DNA of 63,440 nucleotides, filler included, from Octopus bimaculoides (taxonomy: Eukaryota): assembly GCF_001194135.2 (NCBI RefSeq). It is 7 parts of 7 records of this genome, joined end to end, with 100 filler letters (N's around TTAATTAATTAA, not from the genome) between each part and the next. Parts side by side here need not be neighbours in the genome. Positions count along the whole stretch, not along the records: positions 12,662 to 34,392 come from NC_068988.1; positions 34,493 to 44,496 come from NW_026426437.1; 5 more parts are not named here. One strand, written 5' to 3'. A program made the translations under genes and the position numbers. Below, in pieces: positions 28,325-40,333 of the stretch (positions within the stretch are counted from its first letter, which is position 1; the number at the start of each line of letters is the position of its first letter). Under the pieces are notes generated by a model. That model worked only from the letters and a program-made list of their open reading frames with translations, ran no database searches and was not told the DNA's origin.

Positions 28325-28880
28325 GATGGATTCTAGCTCCATACCGAACTACTGCGAGTGCGCGCGAGTTTGTTGCTGAAATTATGTTTCTGACATTCAG
28401 CTCTGGAATCAATATTTTTCTCACTCGCCGCAGGTACTCTTTTTATGTTTTTTTCCTTCATACCGTGCTGTTTGATTTCACCTGCCTCAAGTATTCTCAG
28501 GTATTTATAACTGCATTGAGGTTGAATTGCCTTCATCGTTTCACCACTTGGCTGCCATATATGCCTTCTGTCCTGGCAAGTTTTTCTCCTCTCATCATCA
28601 ACGTAGCACATTTTGAGAGTCCGAACCCCATTTTAATCTCGTTGGAGAAAATTCGCAGACTGGGTTAAGCTGCCAAGTTCTGCCTCAGTTTTTGTAAATA
28701 GCTTCAGGTCGTCTATGAAAAGCAAGTTGTTTAATTTTCCCTTACCTCTTTCCAGATCATACTCCAGCTTCTGTAGTATTTCACTGAAGGCGCTTACGCC
28801 CAGCACGAATACCAATGGGGACACACTGCTCCGCCTGGAAGATTCCTCTCTTGATTTTCACCTCTACTAGTACTTGCTTC
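28325..28880 (-). mobile_element. R4/Dong-type LINE family C fragment, RT motifs 4-7
   Basis: VKIKRGIFQA(D)SVSPLVF, LNNLLFIDDLKLF, YKYLRILEA and RKILIPELNVRNIISATNSRALAVVRYGA, across frameshifts. Confidence 0.85.
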
Positions 28881-30051
28881 CCTGGTGTTTTTCTTATGTA
28901 TTTGTCTAAAAAATTTTTTTCATTATACCTAAGGCGCCTACTATGATAGGAATTGTTTCTGTTTTTTAGATTCCACATTCGAGTTACCTGTCTTTCCAGG
29001 TTTTTGTATTTTGAAAGTTACTCCATTTCTTTTAGAGAAACGTTGTCATCTACTGATATTGATACATCAATTAGAAATCATTGATTTTCTTTCATGATTT
29101 CTGACAATTATATCTGGCCTATTGGTCTTAATTTCTCTATCTGTATGTATTGGCATATCCCAGAGTATGTTTCCTTTCTCGTTTTTTCTGATCTTTTCCG
29201 GCTTGTGCCTATACCATCTTTTTTCTGTATGTTTCAGCTCTGTCGTGTCTGTGAATATATTCCTTCTTAGCCAGGACTGGGCAGCCAGAGATAATATGAT
29301 TTATTGCTTCTTGTCCATCTCCACATATTCTGCAATTACTTGTCCTGTTTCTTTTCATTATATGTTTTTAGTAATTTCTAGTGGGGAGGCTTTGGTCTTG
29401 TGCAGCAATTAAAAATCCTTCAGTCTCTGCTTTGAGTCCTGAGCTTCTCAGCCATTGCTGGGATTTTTCTCTGTCTATTTCTTTCGCATTTAGTTTAGCC
29501 CAGTATTTACCATGTAGGGGCTTTTCTTGTCATCGTTTAATCATGGACCGTTGTGTTCTAGTTTTAGTTTGGATTTCATTTGTTTTATAGCTTTTGTTGA
29601 TTCTTCTTCTTGTTCATATTTGTTAGGTAGTATGACTTCTTGTTTGTATTTGTCAGCTTCCTTAAAGACTGAAAACAGTATTTTTGTTCGTCTTTTGTGG
29701 CTATTTGTATTAGTTTTCCTTGCTTCTGAGATAGGTATTTTTGCAGTCCTATGGTGGTTATTTTATAATAGTTTTCCAGCTGTATGAGGCCTCTACCACC
29801 TTCTATACGTGTATATATAGCCTTTCTATGTCAGCGTTTGGGTGGGGCATCCTAAATCTTGTTATTATCTTTCTTGTTTTTCTGTCTATTTTGGTTAGTT
29901 CATTTAGTATCCAGTTAATGATATTGTAGCTGTAACTTTTAACTGAGACGGCTAAAGTGTTAATACCTATTATCTTGTTTTTAGCACTGAGCTCTTTTTT
30001 TAGTATTGATCTAACTCGTCTATAGTATACTTTCTTTATTTTCTCTTTCAT
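28881..30051 (-). mobile_element. R4/Dong-type LINE family B fragment, post-RT region to RLE
   Basis: YYRRVRSILKKELSAKNKIIGINTLAV...KIDRKTRK...DIERLY. The region 29380-29650 is the reverse-complement homologue of 55200-55487, and 28890-29100 of 55910-56095. Confidence 0.88.
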
Positions 30052-30121
30052 TCGTGTGTGTTGTATCCTATTCTGTTCATTTATTCCTAAATATTTGTAT
30101 GGTTGGCTTTTTATCGATCAC

Positions 30122-30826
30122 GACGAAGGAAAGACAAAATCGACCTCAGCGGAATATGAAAACGGACGAAATGCCGTTTTGCACAGTGGGCTAACGATCC
30201 CACCAGCTAGACTCCTTCATGATAATGATAATGGTTTCAAATTTTGCCACAAGGACAGCCATTTTGGGGGTTTCATCGGCTCCAGCGTTTCACTGATACT
30301 TAATTTACCGATGTCTTCGGAATTTGGAATTAGAAAGATGAAACGCGAAGTCGACCTCGGCAGATTTCAACTCAGAACGTAAAGATAGACGACATACAAT
30401 GGTTTCAAATCTTGCGACAACAGCAGCAATTTTATGAGAAGGGGATGAGTCAATTACACCGACCCCAGTGTTTCACCGGTACTTAATCTATCGACACCGA
30501 AATGATGAACGGCAAAGCCACCCTCGGTGGAATTTGAACCTTGAACGTGATGAAATCCCGCTAAGCATTTTGTTCGGCATGCTAACGAATCCGCGACATC
30601 ACCGCCTTAATGGTTTCAATTTTAGCCACAAGGGCAGCAAACTTGTGGAAGGGGTCCAGTCGATTACATCGACCTCAGTCTTCAACTGGTATTTATTGTA
30701 TCGAACCCGAAAACATATAAGGGAAAATCGACTTCAGTGGAATTTGAACTTAGAACGGTGCGACGAGTGAAATACTGCTAAGCATCTTGTCCAGCGTGCT
30801 AACGATTCTGCCAGCTAGCTGCCTTT
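30122..30826 (-). mobile_element. Head-to-tail array of four S2 SINE copies
   Basis: Units at about 30122-30217, 30230-30393, 30398-30608 and 30609-30826. Three units end in GAAACCATT on the minus strand (AATGGTTTC on plus). Confidence 0.8.
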
Positions 30827-30830
30827 TTTA

Positions 30831-30853
30831 TAATAATGATAATAATAATAATG

Positions 30854-30929
<76 letters not shown>
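30831..30929. repeat. (AAT)n microsatellite
   Basis: Read directly from the sequence. Confidence 0.95.
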
Positions 30930-30930
<1 letters not shown>

Positions 30931-31595
30931 GAGGAGGTATGTCTGAGATTTATTCTGTATACAGACACATAATCATTTCAGATATTTGTTGTTTCAGCTT
31001 ATTCCAGTAAATGTAATTGAACCTTTCCGAAATATTCTAGTATTATGAGACAAATCTCTTCAAACAACTACTCCTCAGTCTGTTGTGAACCTGAGTCATC
31101 CTATAGCTTATCTTGCTGGGTTATTGTTTCTTTAATTAGTTACCATAAGCGTTATAGCTATATATATATGTCTAGTGCCATTGGGAAGACCGTAAACTTG
31201 AAGTTCAACGACGAGACAAAGTGGATTCTATATTACAACAGAAGAAAGCTACCGAACTGGTTATTTAAGTTCTGTTATTGTTCTTCTGCTTCACTTTTCA
31301 CACTGTCATTGCCACAAGGAAAAGTAATGTACTACGTTCGTCTTTTATTCTATATTGTGTTGTTGCTGTATACAAACTTCTAAATGCGAAATTATATATT
31401 TATATATACATATATATAAGAGTGAATAATGTGTTTGAGTGTATAGCTGCATAGTTGTTCTGTGCGGTTTAGAATCAAATTTATTTACTAATGAGTTGTC
31501 AGTATGTGAACTTTATAGATGTATGTATGTATACATGGATGTATGTATGTATATATGTATGTATGTATGTATGAATGCATCTGTCAGTCTATCTG

Positions 31596-31640
<45 letters not shown>

Positions 31641-32036
31641 GTGTGCCTCTGCAAGCCTGTATGTTTCTCTCTCCCCATGTGTGCATATATATATACACAC
31701 ACACACCCCTATTTTTTTATATATATATATATANNNNNNNNNNNNNNNNNNNNNNNNNNNNNNNNNNNNNNNNNNNNNNNNNNNNNNNNNNNNNNNNNNN
31801 NNNNNNNNNNNNNNNNNNNNNNNNNNNNNNNNNNNNNNNNNNNNNNNNNNNNNNNNNNNNNNNNNNNNNNNNNNNNNNNNNNNNNNNNNNNNNNNNNNNN
31901 NNNNNNNNNNNNNNNNNNNNNNNNNNNNNNNNNNNNNNNNNNNNNNNNNNNNNNNNNNNNNNNNNNNNNNNNNNNNNNNNNNNNNNNNNNNNNNNNNNNN
32001 NNNNNNNNNNNNNNNTATATATGTATATATATATAT

Positions 32037-32253
32037 GTGTGTTTGTGTGTCTCTGTTTGTCCCCCCACCATCGCTTGACAACCGATGCTGGTGTGTTTAC
32101 GTCCCCGTAACTTAGCGGTTCGGCAAAAAGAGACCGATAGAATAAGTACTAGGCTTACAAAGAATAAGTCCTGGGGTCGATTTCCTCGACTAAAGGCGGT
32201 GCTCCAGCATGGCCGCAGTCAAATGACTGAAACAAGTAAAAGAGTATAAAAGA

Positions 32254-32256
<3 letters not shown>
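32037..32256 (+). mobile_element. S1 SINE 3' half (5' half lost in the gap)
   Basis: gtttgtccccccaccatcgcttgacaaccgatgctggtgtg...ggccgcagtcaaatgactgaaacaagtaaaagag. Confidence 0.9.
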
Positions 32257-32297
<41 letters not shown>

Positions 32298-33604
32298 GCA
32301 TGAACACATGCACACACACACGTGTGTATGTGTGTGTGTGTATTGAGAAAAAGATGGCAGTCAGAATTTTTGATAATTCTTTATTAGCGCATTCGTTTGT
32401 TTATCGAACTAGTCAAGACAAGATTATAATGGTGAAAACAATGTTTCGTTATTCATTTATATGAATCTGATATTTTTCTACTTTGTTTAGAAGAGTAGAA
32501 AACATTGTTGTCTTTTTGGGGTGGGGGGTGGGGGTGAAAGAGGCAAAGAAAATCTAAGAGGAGTAGAAAATAGAGAGATTTTAGGACAATCAAGGAAGAG
32601 GAAAAACTAATAAAGTATCGGGAAAGGATAGATAAATACATACACACATACATACATACATACATGCATACATACATACATACATAGACAGATAGTTAGA
32701 TAGATAAGTATACAAACAAACAGATAGATAGACACAGAGAGCGAGTGAAAGAGACGTTTCTTTTCAATTTGAAGTGGTCAACCCATTGAAATTTCATTAC
32801 AAAGTATTTTTCTTTATTCTTTTCTTTCTTTTTCTTATTCTTTCTTTTCTTCTCTTCTTTCCCATTGTATATCTATCAAGATATTTGTATATAAACACAT
32901 TTTCTTACAAGGGCTAGTGACCTTTCAAGAGCAATTATTTGCATTATTTCTCTAGTCCTATTAGCTAGGCATTGCACTTTTGTAAGCTAACCATGTAATG
33001 TTCATAATTTGTTTCATTAGGAGGGGTGATCATGCATATTGCCTATATTTCTCTTTCCAAACCCTTAGCTCACACAAACGCTATGCCCAGCTAATACAAC
33101 TAGACAAATAATGCAAATGAATGCTCTAATGAACGCTATATTTGCTTTCTGACAATATTCATGTACCACGTAAGGTGACTTCAATGTATGCTAGATGGTT
33201 TTGGTGTCTGTAAAAGAAAGCTTCTTGATCATGTTAACACTTCATTATTATTTCTTAATAGTAACGATGATGAATTAATAGAAAACATTTATATTCCACT
33301 ATTACTATTGTTTCTGAGTGTTAATAATGTCATATTCATCTCTATAAAGCATCATATATGTAAAATTGGGGTTTTGACAACAGCTGTTCTTACAGAAATT
33401 ACATAAACCAGAGGAAGAATACTAGAACCATTTTACCGCTGGGTAGGAAAGATACCTACTGTAACTACTTTGCAAAGTATTTCGTGAAAAATATCACCTT
33501 TGAGTTATCTTACGAATGTTGTGCATATATTTAGTGAGTGTTTATACATGCAAAACATGGAATTACAGAGAGTATGAGATTTGACAAGTGTAAAGGAAAA
33601 ACTA

Positions 33605-33960
33605 AGCAATGACCATTAGATTCCTTGGAAGAAAGCAACGATTTTATAGGAAAACAAGAACTGGAAAACACGGAGAATTGTTAGACAAGTACAAATGTAA
33701 ATAACATGACATAACATCAGGTGCCTTTTGACTATGGATGAATTATATTAAGCTGGGACATAAGATTTTACAGGCACGTGAGTAATATTGATGTTGCATT
33801 GATGGTAGTCGAACCAAGATAGAAAAGTCAGGTTTGGCAGACCACCGGTAACGTGGGGAGAGAAGAGAGAGAAGTGGAGCCAGGAAGGACAGAATAATTA
33901 AGGAGGGGCGAGAAAAAAATGATTGGGACACAGTGAAGCGAAAGAGGAGGCAAACGTGAG
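33605..33960 (-). mobile_element. Penelope-like repeat fragment (same family as 4500-4752 and 36255-36560)
   Basis: ttagattccttggaagaaagca is shared with 36438-36459. The minus frame VSQSFFSRPS...SLLSPRYRWSAKPDFSILVRL weakly resembles a GIY-YIG tail. Confidence 0.5.
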
Positions 33961-34009
33961 CATCACATTTCCTGGCCTTCTCTTCATGCTCACTTTCCCT
34001 CATTCACTG

Positions 34010-34172
34010 CACGGTTTTTGTACACGTTCACTGCTTCCTTCCAAGGAATCTAATGCTCTTAGCTTAGGTTTTTCCTTGGGGCTTACCAGATTGGAGCAAT
34101 CTTGAATATAACCAGCAGGAATTGCAAAGATAATCTGGAACTTGACTGAAGAAAGAAAACTCTGAATGACCC
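34010..34172 (+). mobile_element. Inverted copy of the terminal part of the same repeat
   Basis: Reverse complement of 36317-36470 (gggtcattc...agattatctttgcaatt...gcattagattccttggaag). Confidence 0.7.
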
Positions 34173-34321
34173 ACCCTTGTTTTTTTTGTATTTTTATATA
34201 TAAAAATATAGCGGTTTACGTACACTTTTGTCTTTTATATACATACATATATATACATCTTTATATGTATATGTATACATATACATCTATACATATACAT
34301 TTATATGTATACACATATATG

Positions 34322-34392
<71 letters not shown>

Positions 34393-34492
34393 NNNNNNNN
34401 NNNNNNNNNNNNNNNNNNNNNNNNNNNNNNNNNNNNTTAATTAATTAANNNNNNNNNNNNNNNNNNNNNNNNNNNNNNNNNNNNNNNNNNNN

Positions 34493-34552
34493 GGGCCGAC
34501 CAAAGCCTTGTGAGTGGATTTGGTAGACGGAAACTGAAAGAAACCTGTCGTA

Positions 34553-34619
<67 letters not shown>

Positions 34620-34733
34620 TTGTGTGTCTGTGTTTATCCCCCCAACATCGCTTGACAACCGATAGTGGTGTGTTTACGTCCCCGTAACTTAGAATAAGTA
34701 CTAGGCTTACAAAGAATAAGTCCTGGGGTCGAT
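34493..34733 (+). mobile_element. S1 SINE, truncated by the scaffold start, with a 24-nt internal deletion
   Basis: Reads gtaacttag|aataagtact where 32105-32145 reads gtaacttagcggttcggcaaaaagagaccgatagaataagtact; the deletion sits at a TAG microhomology. Confidence 0.88.
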
Positions 34734-35176
34734 ATGAATGAATGTATTTATGTATCTATATCTTTGCCAAGTTTGCAGAATTCTTTATTCTCAAGATGAT
34801 CTCCCTTCCTCATATACAACTTGCCTTAGTTGCCATTTGGCATTTCTGTGGCATTAGAATACCTGAGTCGACAATAATGTTGGTGTTATTTATTGTCGAA
34901 AAAGTTACATGATGAAAGTTGATAATCAGCGGATAAGGAAGTAACTAAAAATGCCAAAACAACAGGAAAATGACAGAATTATATTTACCATTCCCAAAAT
35001 ACTAAACAGGTCTGATTCACTGCAGAAGTTCAGGAAGAAGAACATTTCCTGTGTAGACACGAGGTGGTATTAACACACCTGAAATTCCAATCTGTAATTT
35101 GAAAGTGTTCCAGACCCAAAGCCAGATCAAATCATATCACAATGTAAACTACAGATAATTCAGTGGAAAATCTTAT

Positions 35177-35227
35177 AAAGTGGGATAAATTCAAAGTGGG
35201 ACAAATTCAAAGTGGGATAAATTCAAA
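35177..35227. repeat. 16-bp tandem repeat x3 (AAAGTGGGA[T/C]AAATTC)
   Basis: Read directly from the sequence. Confidence 0.9.
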
Positions 35228-36074
35228 TGTTATTCATAAAAACAGGTACATATATACAAAATCTTGTCATGTATATATATGTATATATATTGATTCTTAA
35301 GGCAGTGATCTGGCAGAATCATTAACAAAATAATTAGCAACATTTACAGTCTGAGTTCAAATTCCACCAAGGGTGACTTTACCTTTCATCTTTTTAGGGT
35401 TGATTAATTAAGTACCAGTTCTAGCCCTTCTCCACATAAAAATAAAAAAATAGGGTATTCTGCCTGTAGTAGCAAGATAAAAAAGAAAAAGAAATGATGA
35501 CATTGTAGAGGTGGACAGAATTTTAATAATTCAAAGGTTTATGTTGTATGGTGTTTGATAGACCTGTATTCATCCATGTTATTGAAAAACATGTGACTGG
35601 GCAAGGCATTACTTCTCTTCACTTGTGTTCATACACGCATACATAGATACACACGTACACACATAATACATATATCTATGCTTCAAGAATTTAACATAAC
35701 AAATAGAAAATTTGACAAAACCATATGTATGTATGTATGTCTGTCTGTAAGTATAAATATGTGTGTGTGTGTGTATGTGTATGTACACATATCTAACAGA
35801 TATACATATACACGCATGCACACAAATACACAAGTACACATTTTATGTTTCATATGTGTGTGTGTGTATGTATGTATGTATGTACGTATGTATATATGTA
35901 TGTATATATTAGTAAATAATCTCTCCTTCTCTCTCTCTCTCTCATGCTCTATCTCACACACACACACACAGAGGTTTGGTTGATTAATCAAAGAAATCTA
36001 GAACAGATTTGCCTAATAAGCTGAAGTCAGATATTGTGAACTTGCTAATTGACATATTTACACACACACATTTA

Positions 36075-36128
<54 letters not shown>

Positions 36129-36171
36129 NNNNNNNNNNNNNNNNNNNNNNNNNNNNNNNNNNNNNNNNNNN

Positions 36172-36227
<56 letters not shown>

Positions 36228-36254
36228 CAAGAATGCAAAAACATCCAGGCAGTT

Positions 36255-36560
36255 AGATGATACAAAAAAGGGACAACAAAGCATCCGGACAGACAATACA
36301 AAAAAAAAAGCACGGATGGGTCATTCGGAGTTTTCTTTCCTCAGTCGAGTTCCAGATTATCTTTGCAATTTCGGCTGGTTATACCCGAGATTGTTCCAAT
36401 CTGGCCAGCCCCAAGGAAAAACTAAGCTAAGAGCATTAGATTCCTTGGAAGAAAGCAGTGAATGTATATGAAAACAAAGGATGGAAACAAAACGGAGAAA
36501 TGGTACACAAATACAAATGCAAATAAAAGACATTGACAATAGATGTCTTTCGACTAAGGA
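36255..36560 (-). mobile_element. Penelope-like repeat fragment
   Basis: Homologous to 33605-33750 (direct) and to 34010-34172 (inverted). Confidence 0.55.
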
Positions 36561-36799
36561 AAGTGGTGGAAAGTTCCTGGCTTTGGGTAAAAGAAAAATA
36601 CAAGAAGATCAGTTAATCAGGATTTTATTGAACTTATTCCCCTCCCAGATTTACATACTTATTGCAGCAGTCCTGTAAAAGAACTTGAATGGTTGGGCTT
36701 CCAGCCAGGCCTTTCATGATACCCTTAAATCCAGGAACTTTTCAACACCCCCTTGTATATGTATATTATTATTCTGACTATAACTTAATAACCGCGAAA

Positions 36800-37210
36800 A
36801 GACACTCACCCAAGGTGCCACGCAGTGGGACTGAACCCAGAACCATGTGGTTGGGAAGACATACTTCTTTATTTCAATATTTTGCCATAAAGGCATAACA
36901 TAGAGGGGACATTTTTTTTTATTTTGCAAGCTTGGGCTTCTCACAGTTTCCATCAGCCAAATTCACTCACAAGGCTTTGGTCAGCTCAAGGCCATAGTAG
37001 AAGACACCTGTCCAAGGTGGCATGCAGTAGGACTGAACCTGGAACTATGTGGTTGGGAAACAAATTGCTTACCATACAGCCATGTCTATGATGGCTTCTT
37101 TCAGTTTCCATCTACCAAATCCACTCACTAGGGTTTGGGTGGCTTGAGGCTATATGAGAAGACACTTACCCATGGTTCCACCCAGTGTGACTGAACCACA
37201 CAGCCATACA
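36800..37210 (-). mobile_element. Three tandem S1 SINE 5' modules
   Basis: Three copies of agaagacac...caagg...cagtgggactgaacc at about 36800-36860, 36925-37085 and 37090-37210. Confidence 0.8.
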
Positions 37211-37575
37211 TCCACCTATTGACATTTTTATCAAATAACTTTATCGTTTCATCCCTCTTTCTATAGATTCACATATCTTCCACTTATTCATATTCACGCT
37301 TTCCAACAAGATTATAATTTATTGAATACTTTTACAGCTCTAAAACCTGTTATTAAGTGAATACCTCTCCCTACAATTATGAAACACACTAATTGACATA
37401 TATAATTAATTGCACTTTCCAGATCTTTTCACTGATTTATGTACGTAAACTGTCTTGGCTTACGTCAGAAATGACACAAGTGCAAACCATTGACATGTTT
37501 AATCTATTTTGTTTCACCCAATTTTAAAACTAATGTTGATTTGGCCTTTTGAAAACATAAAAACATAAAAACAAT

Positions 37576-37690
37576 CTGCCAAATCAGATTGGAACCTGGT
37601 GTAGCCATCTGGTTCACCAGTCCTCAGTCAAATCGTCCAACCCATGCTAGCATGGAAAGCGGACGTTAAACGATGATGATGATGATGATG
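37576..37690 (+). mobile_element. Retroposon 3' end with (GAT)n tail (RTE-type, from recall)
   Basis: tcgtccaacccatgctagcatggaaagcggacgttaaacgatgatgatg; an inverted copy lies at 39298-39448. Confidence 0.75.
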
Positions 37691-37972
37691 TGTGTGTGTG
37701 TGTATCTATGTATATGAATATAGTAAATGTTATGTTTTCAAAAAAAAAAGCCAAATCAACATAACATATATATATATATANNNNNNNNNNNNNNNNNNNN
37801 NNNNNNNNNNNNNNNNNNNNNNNNNNNNNNNNNNNNNNNNNNNNNNNNNNNNNNNNNNNNNNNNNNNNNNNNNNNNNNNNNNNNNNNNNNNNNNNNNNNN
37901 NNNNNNNNNNNNNNNNNNNNNNNNNNNNNNNNNNNNNNNNNNNNNNNNNNNNNNNNNNNNNNNNNNNNNNNN

Positions 37973-38003
<31 letters not shown>

Positions 38004-38102
38004 CTATAGTCATATACATACACACACACAGACATATATATATATATATATATATACATATACACACATACATATATATGTATACACACACACACATATA
38101 TA

Positions 38103-38491
38103 TCGTGGCACTCCGTCGGTTACGACAACGAGGGTTCCAGTTGATCCAATCAATGGAACAGCCTGCTCATGAAATTAATGTGCAAGTGGCTGAGCACTCC
38201 ACAGACACGTGTACCCTTAACATATCCTTAACAGGGAGATTCGGTGTGACACAGAGTGTGACAAGGCTGGTCCTTCTTTGAAATACAGACACAACAGAAA
38301 CAGGAAGAAAGAGTGAGAGAAAGTTGTGGTGGAAGAGTGCAGCAGGGTTCGCCACCACTCCCTGCTGGAGCCCCGTGGAACTTTAGGTGTTTTTGCTCAA
38401 TAAACACTCACAACATCTGATCTGGGAATCGAAACCTTGATCCTACGAGTGCAAGTCCGCTGCCCTAACCACTGGGTCATTGCGTTTCCAC
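38103..38491 (-). mobile_element. tRNA-derived SINE, family S3
   Basis: The minus-strand head gtggaaacgcaatgacccagtggttagggcagcggacttgcactcgtaggatcaaggtttcgattccc contains A-box and B-box-like motifs. The body is unrelated to S1 or S2. Confidence 0.75.
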
Positions 38492-38509
38492 ACACACAGA
38501 CAAATCATA

Positions 38510-38662
38510 GGCGCAGGAGTGGCTGTGTGGTAAGAAGCTTGGTTCCCTTGATTCCAGGTTCAGTCCCACTGCATGGCATCTTGGGCAAGACTTCTACTAT
38601 ACCTTCTGGTTGACCAAAGCCTTGTGAGTGGATTTCGTTGATGGAAACTAAGGGAAGCCCGT

Positions 38663-38707
<45 letters not shown>

Positions 38708-39231
38708 CATATAAGAGGGATGACCACTAAGTGGACATCCATTTTGCTAGAAGTAGACCACCTATGGTCTGACCACTAAGAAAAGATTGTTCTCAAGAAA
38801 ATTCAGCAACCACCAGAACGTAAGAGAACAAGACAAATGAAAAGATACAAAATATAAAAATTAATCCTAGACCGGTTTCGTTGTCACCACTTACGTAATT
38901 ACTTATGTAATTGGCCGCAACTCTTTAGTATGATCGTCTTAAATTTTAAATTGATATTAATCAAATTAATATTCAATTTTTAACCCTTAATTATTTAAAT
39001 TTAAATAACCATGTTCTCTAACTGGCAAAATTCACTGCAGAGAATGTTGTGCCCACCCCCAACATCGCTTGATAAAGCTTGTGTGCTTGCGTCCCCATAA
39101 CCTAGTGGTTTGGCAAAAGACACCGATAGAATAAGTACTAGGCTTACAAAGAATAAGTCCTGGGGTCGATTTGCTTGGCTAAAGGCGGTGCTCCAGCATG
39201 GCCACAGTCAAATAACTGAAACAAATAAAAC
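38510..39231 (+). mobile_element. S1 SINE split by an ~330-bp insertion in its central (TA)n
   Basis: 5' half at 38510-38665 and 3' half at 39052-39231. The insert 38712-39045 begins aagagggatgaccactaagtggac, related to 40536-40575. Confidence 0.82.
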
Positions 39232-39297
39232 AATATATATATGTGTGTGTATATATATATGTATATGAGTATATATATATATATATATATATGTATA

Positions 39298-39448
39298 TCA
39301 TCATCATCATCATCATCGTTTAACGTCCGCTTTCCATGCTAGCATGGGTTGGACGACTTGACTGAGGACTGGTGAAACCGGATGGCAACACCAGGCTCCA
39401 ATCTAAATTTGGCAGAGTTTCTACAGCTGGATGCCCTTCCTAACGCCA
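39298..39448 (-). mobile_element. Retroposon 3' end with (GAT)n tail, inverted relative to 37576-37690
   Basis: catcatcgtttaacgtccgctttccatgctagcatgggttggacga. Confidence 0.8.
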
Positions 39449-39644
39449 TATATNNNNNNNNNNNNNNNNNNNNNNNNNNNNNNNNNNNNNNNNNNNNNNN
39501 NNNNNNNNNNNNNNNNNNNNNNNNNNNNNNNNNNNNNNNNNNNNNNNNNNNNNNNNNNNNNNNNNNNNNNNNNNNNNNNNNNNNNNNNNNNNNNNNNNNN
39601 NNNNNNNNNNNNNTATATATATATATTGACCGTTGACTGAACAC

Positions 39645-39810
39645 TATTCAATTTTTTGTCTCCGTGTTTTTCTCCTTGTCTCCGTATTCTTTCTGTTGAA
39701 GAGCGTAGCTCGAAACGTCAAAGACTTTCCGTATTCCCGAGCGTCATACTAATATATACTTTTGTTATTTACACCACCTGTCCTCGTCTGTTGTTATTAT
39801 TTGTATATTC
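39645..39810 (+). mobile_element. Penelope-like terminal repeat fragment
   Basis: Contains gaagagcgtagctcgaaacgtc and ttcccgagcgtcatactaata, the latter shared with the Penelope remnant at 25130-25250. Confidence 0.55.
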
Positions 39811-40199
39811 TCCCATATATATATACATAGATGTCTAGATACATTGGTAGTTTGTTTTGATCAACTGAATATTCACATGAAACCGAAATGAAAGACAAAC
39901 AACATCAACAACAACCAATAAGGTGACCCTATTGACTCCAAAGTGCTATGGAATCGTTCAAGTGCTTTGAGTGCATCCAAATGGAACGCGTTTGCTTAGT
40001 AAAACATACTGCACCAGCCTTATGCTCTACTTCCAATGTAGAGGAGGCGATACATTCTGTTTTGTATAAACATCAGTTCTGCTTTAAGCATGGGAAAAGA
40101 GCAGTGTATAAAAATTGGTTCATACCACACACACACACACACACACACGAGTGTATGTGTGTGTGTGTGTATGTGTGGGGAGTGGCTGTGTGTGTGTAT

Positions 40200-40333
40200 G
40201 GGGAGTGGCTGTGTGGTAAATAGCTTGCTTACCAACCACATGGTTTCGGGTTCAGTCCCACTGCGTGGTATCTTGGGCAAGTGTCGTCTTCTACTATAGC
40301 CTCGGGCCGACCAAAGCCTTGTGAGTGGATTTG
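40200..40333 (+). mobile_element. S1 SINE 5' half
   Basis: ggagtggctgtgtggtaaatagcttgcttaccaaccacatggtttcgggttcagtcccactgcg...ccaaagccttgtgagtggatttg. Confidence 0.9.

Noticed and set aside
39690-39740. Hammerhead ribozyme-like core (ttgaaga...cgaaac) in a Penelope-like end
   Set aside because: The first core C is replaced, stem II would need core nucleotides, and I could not build stem I; at best a decayed relic.
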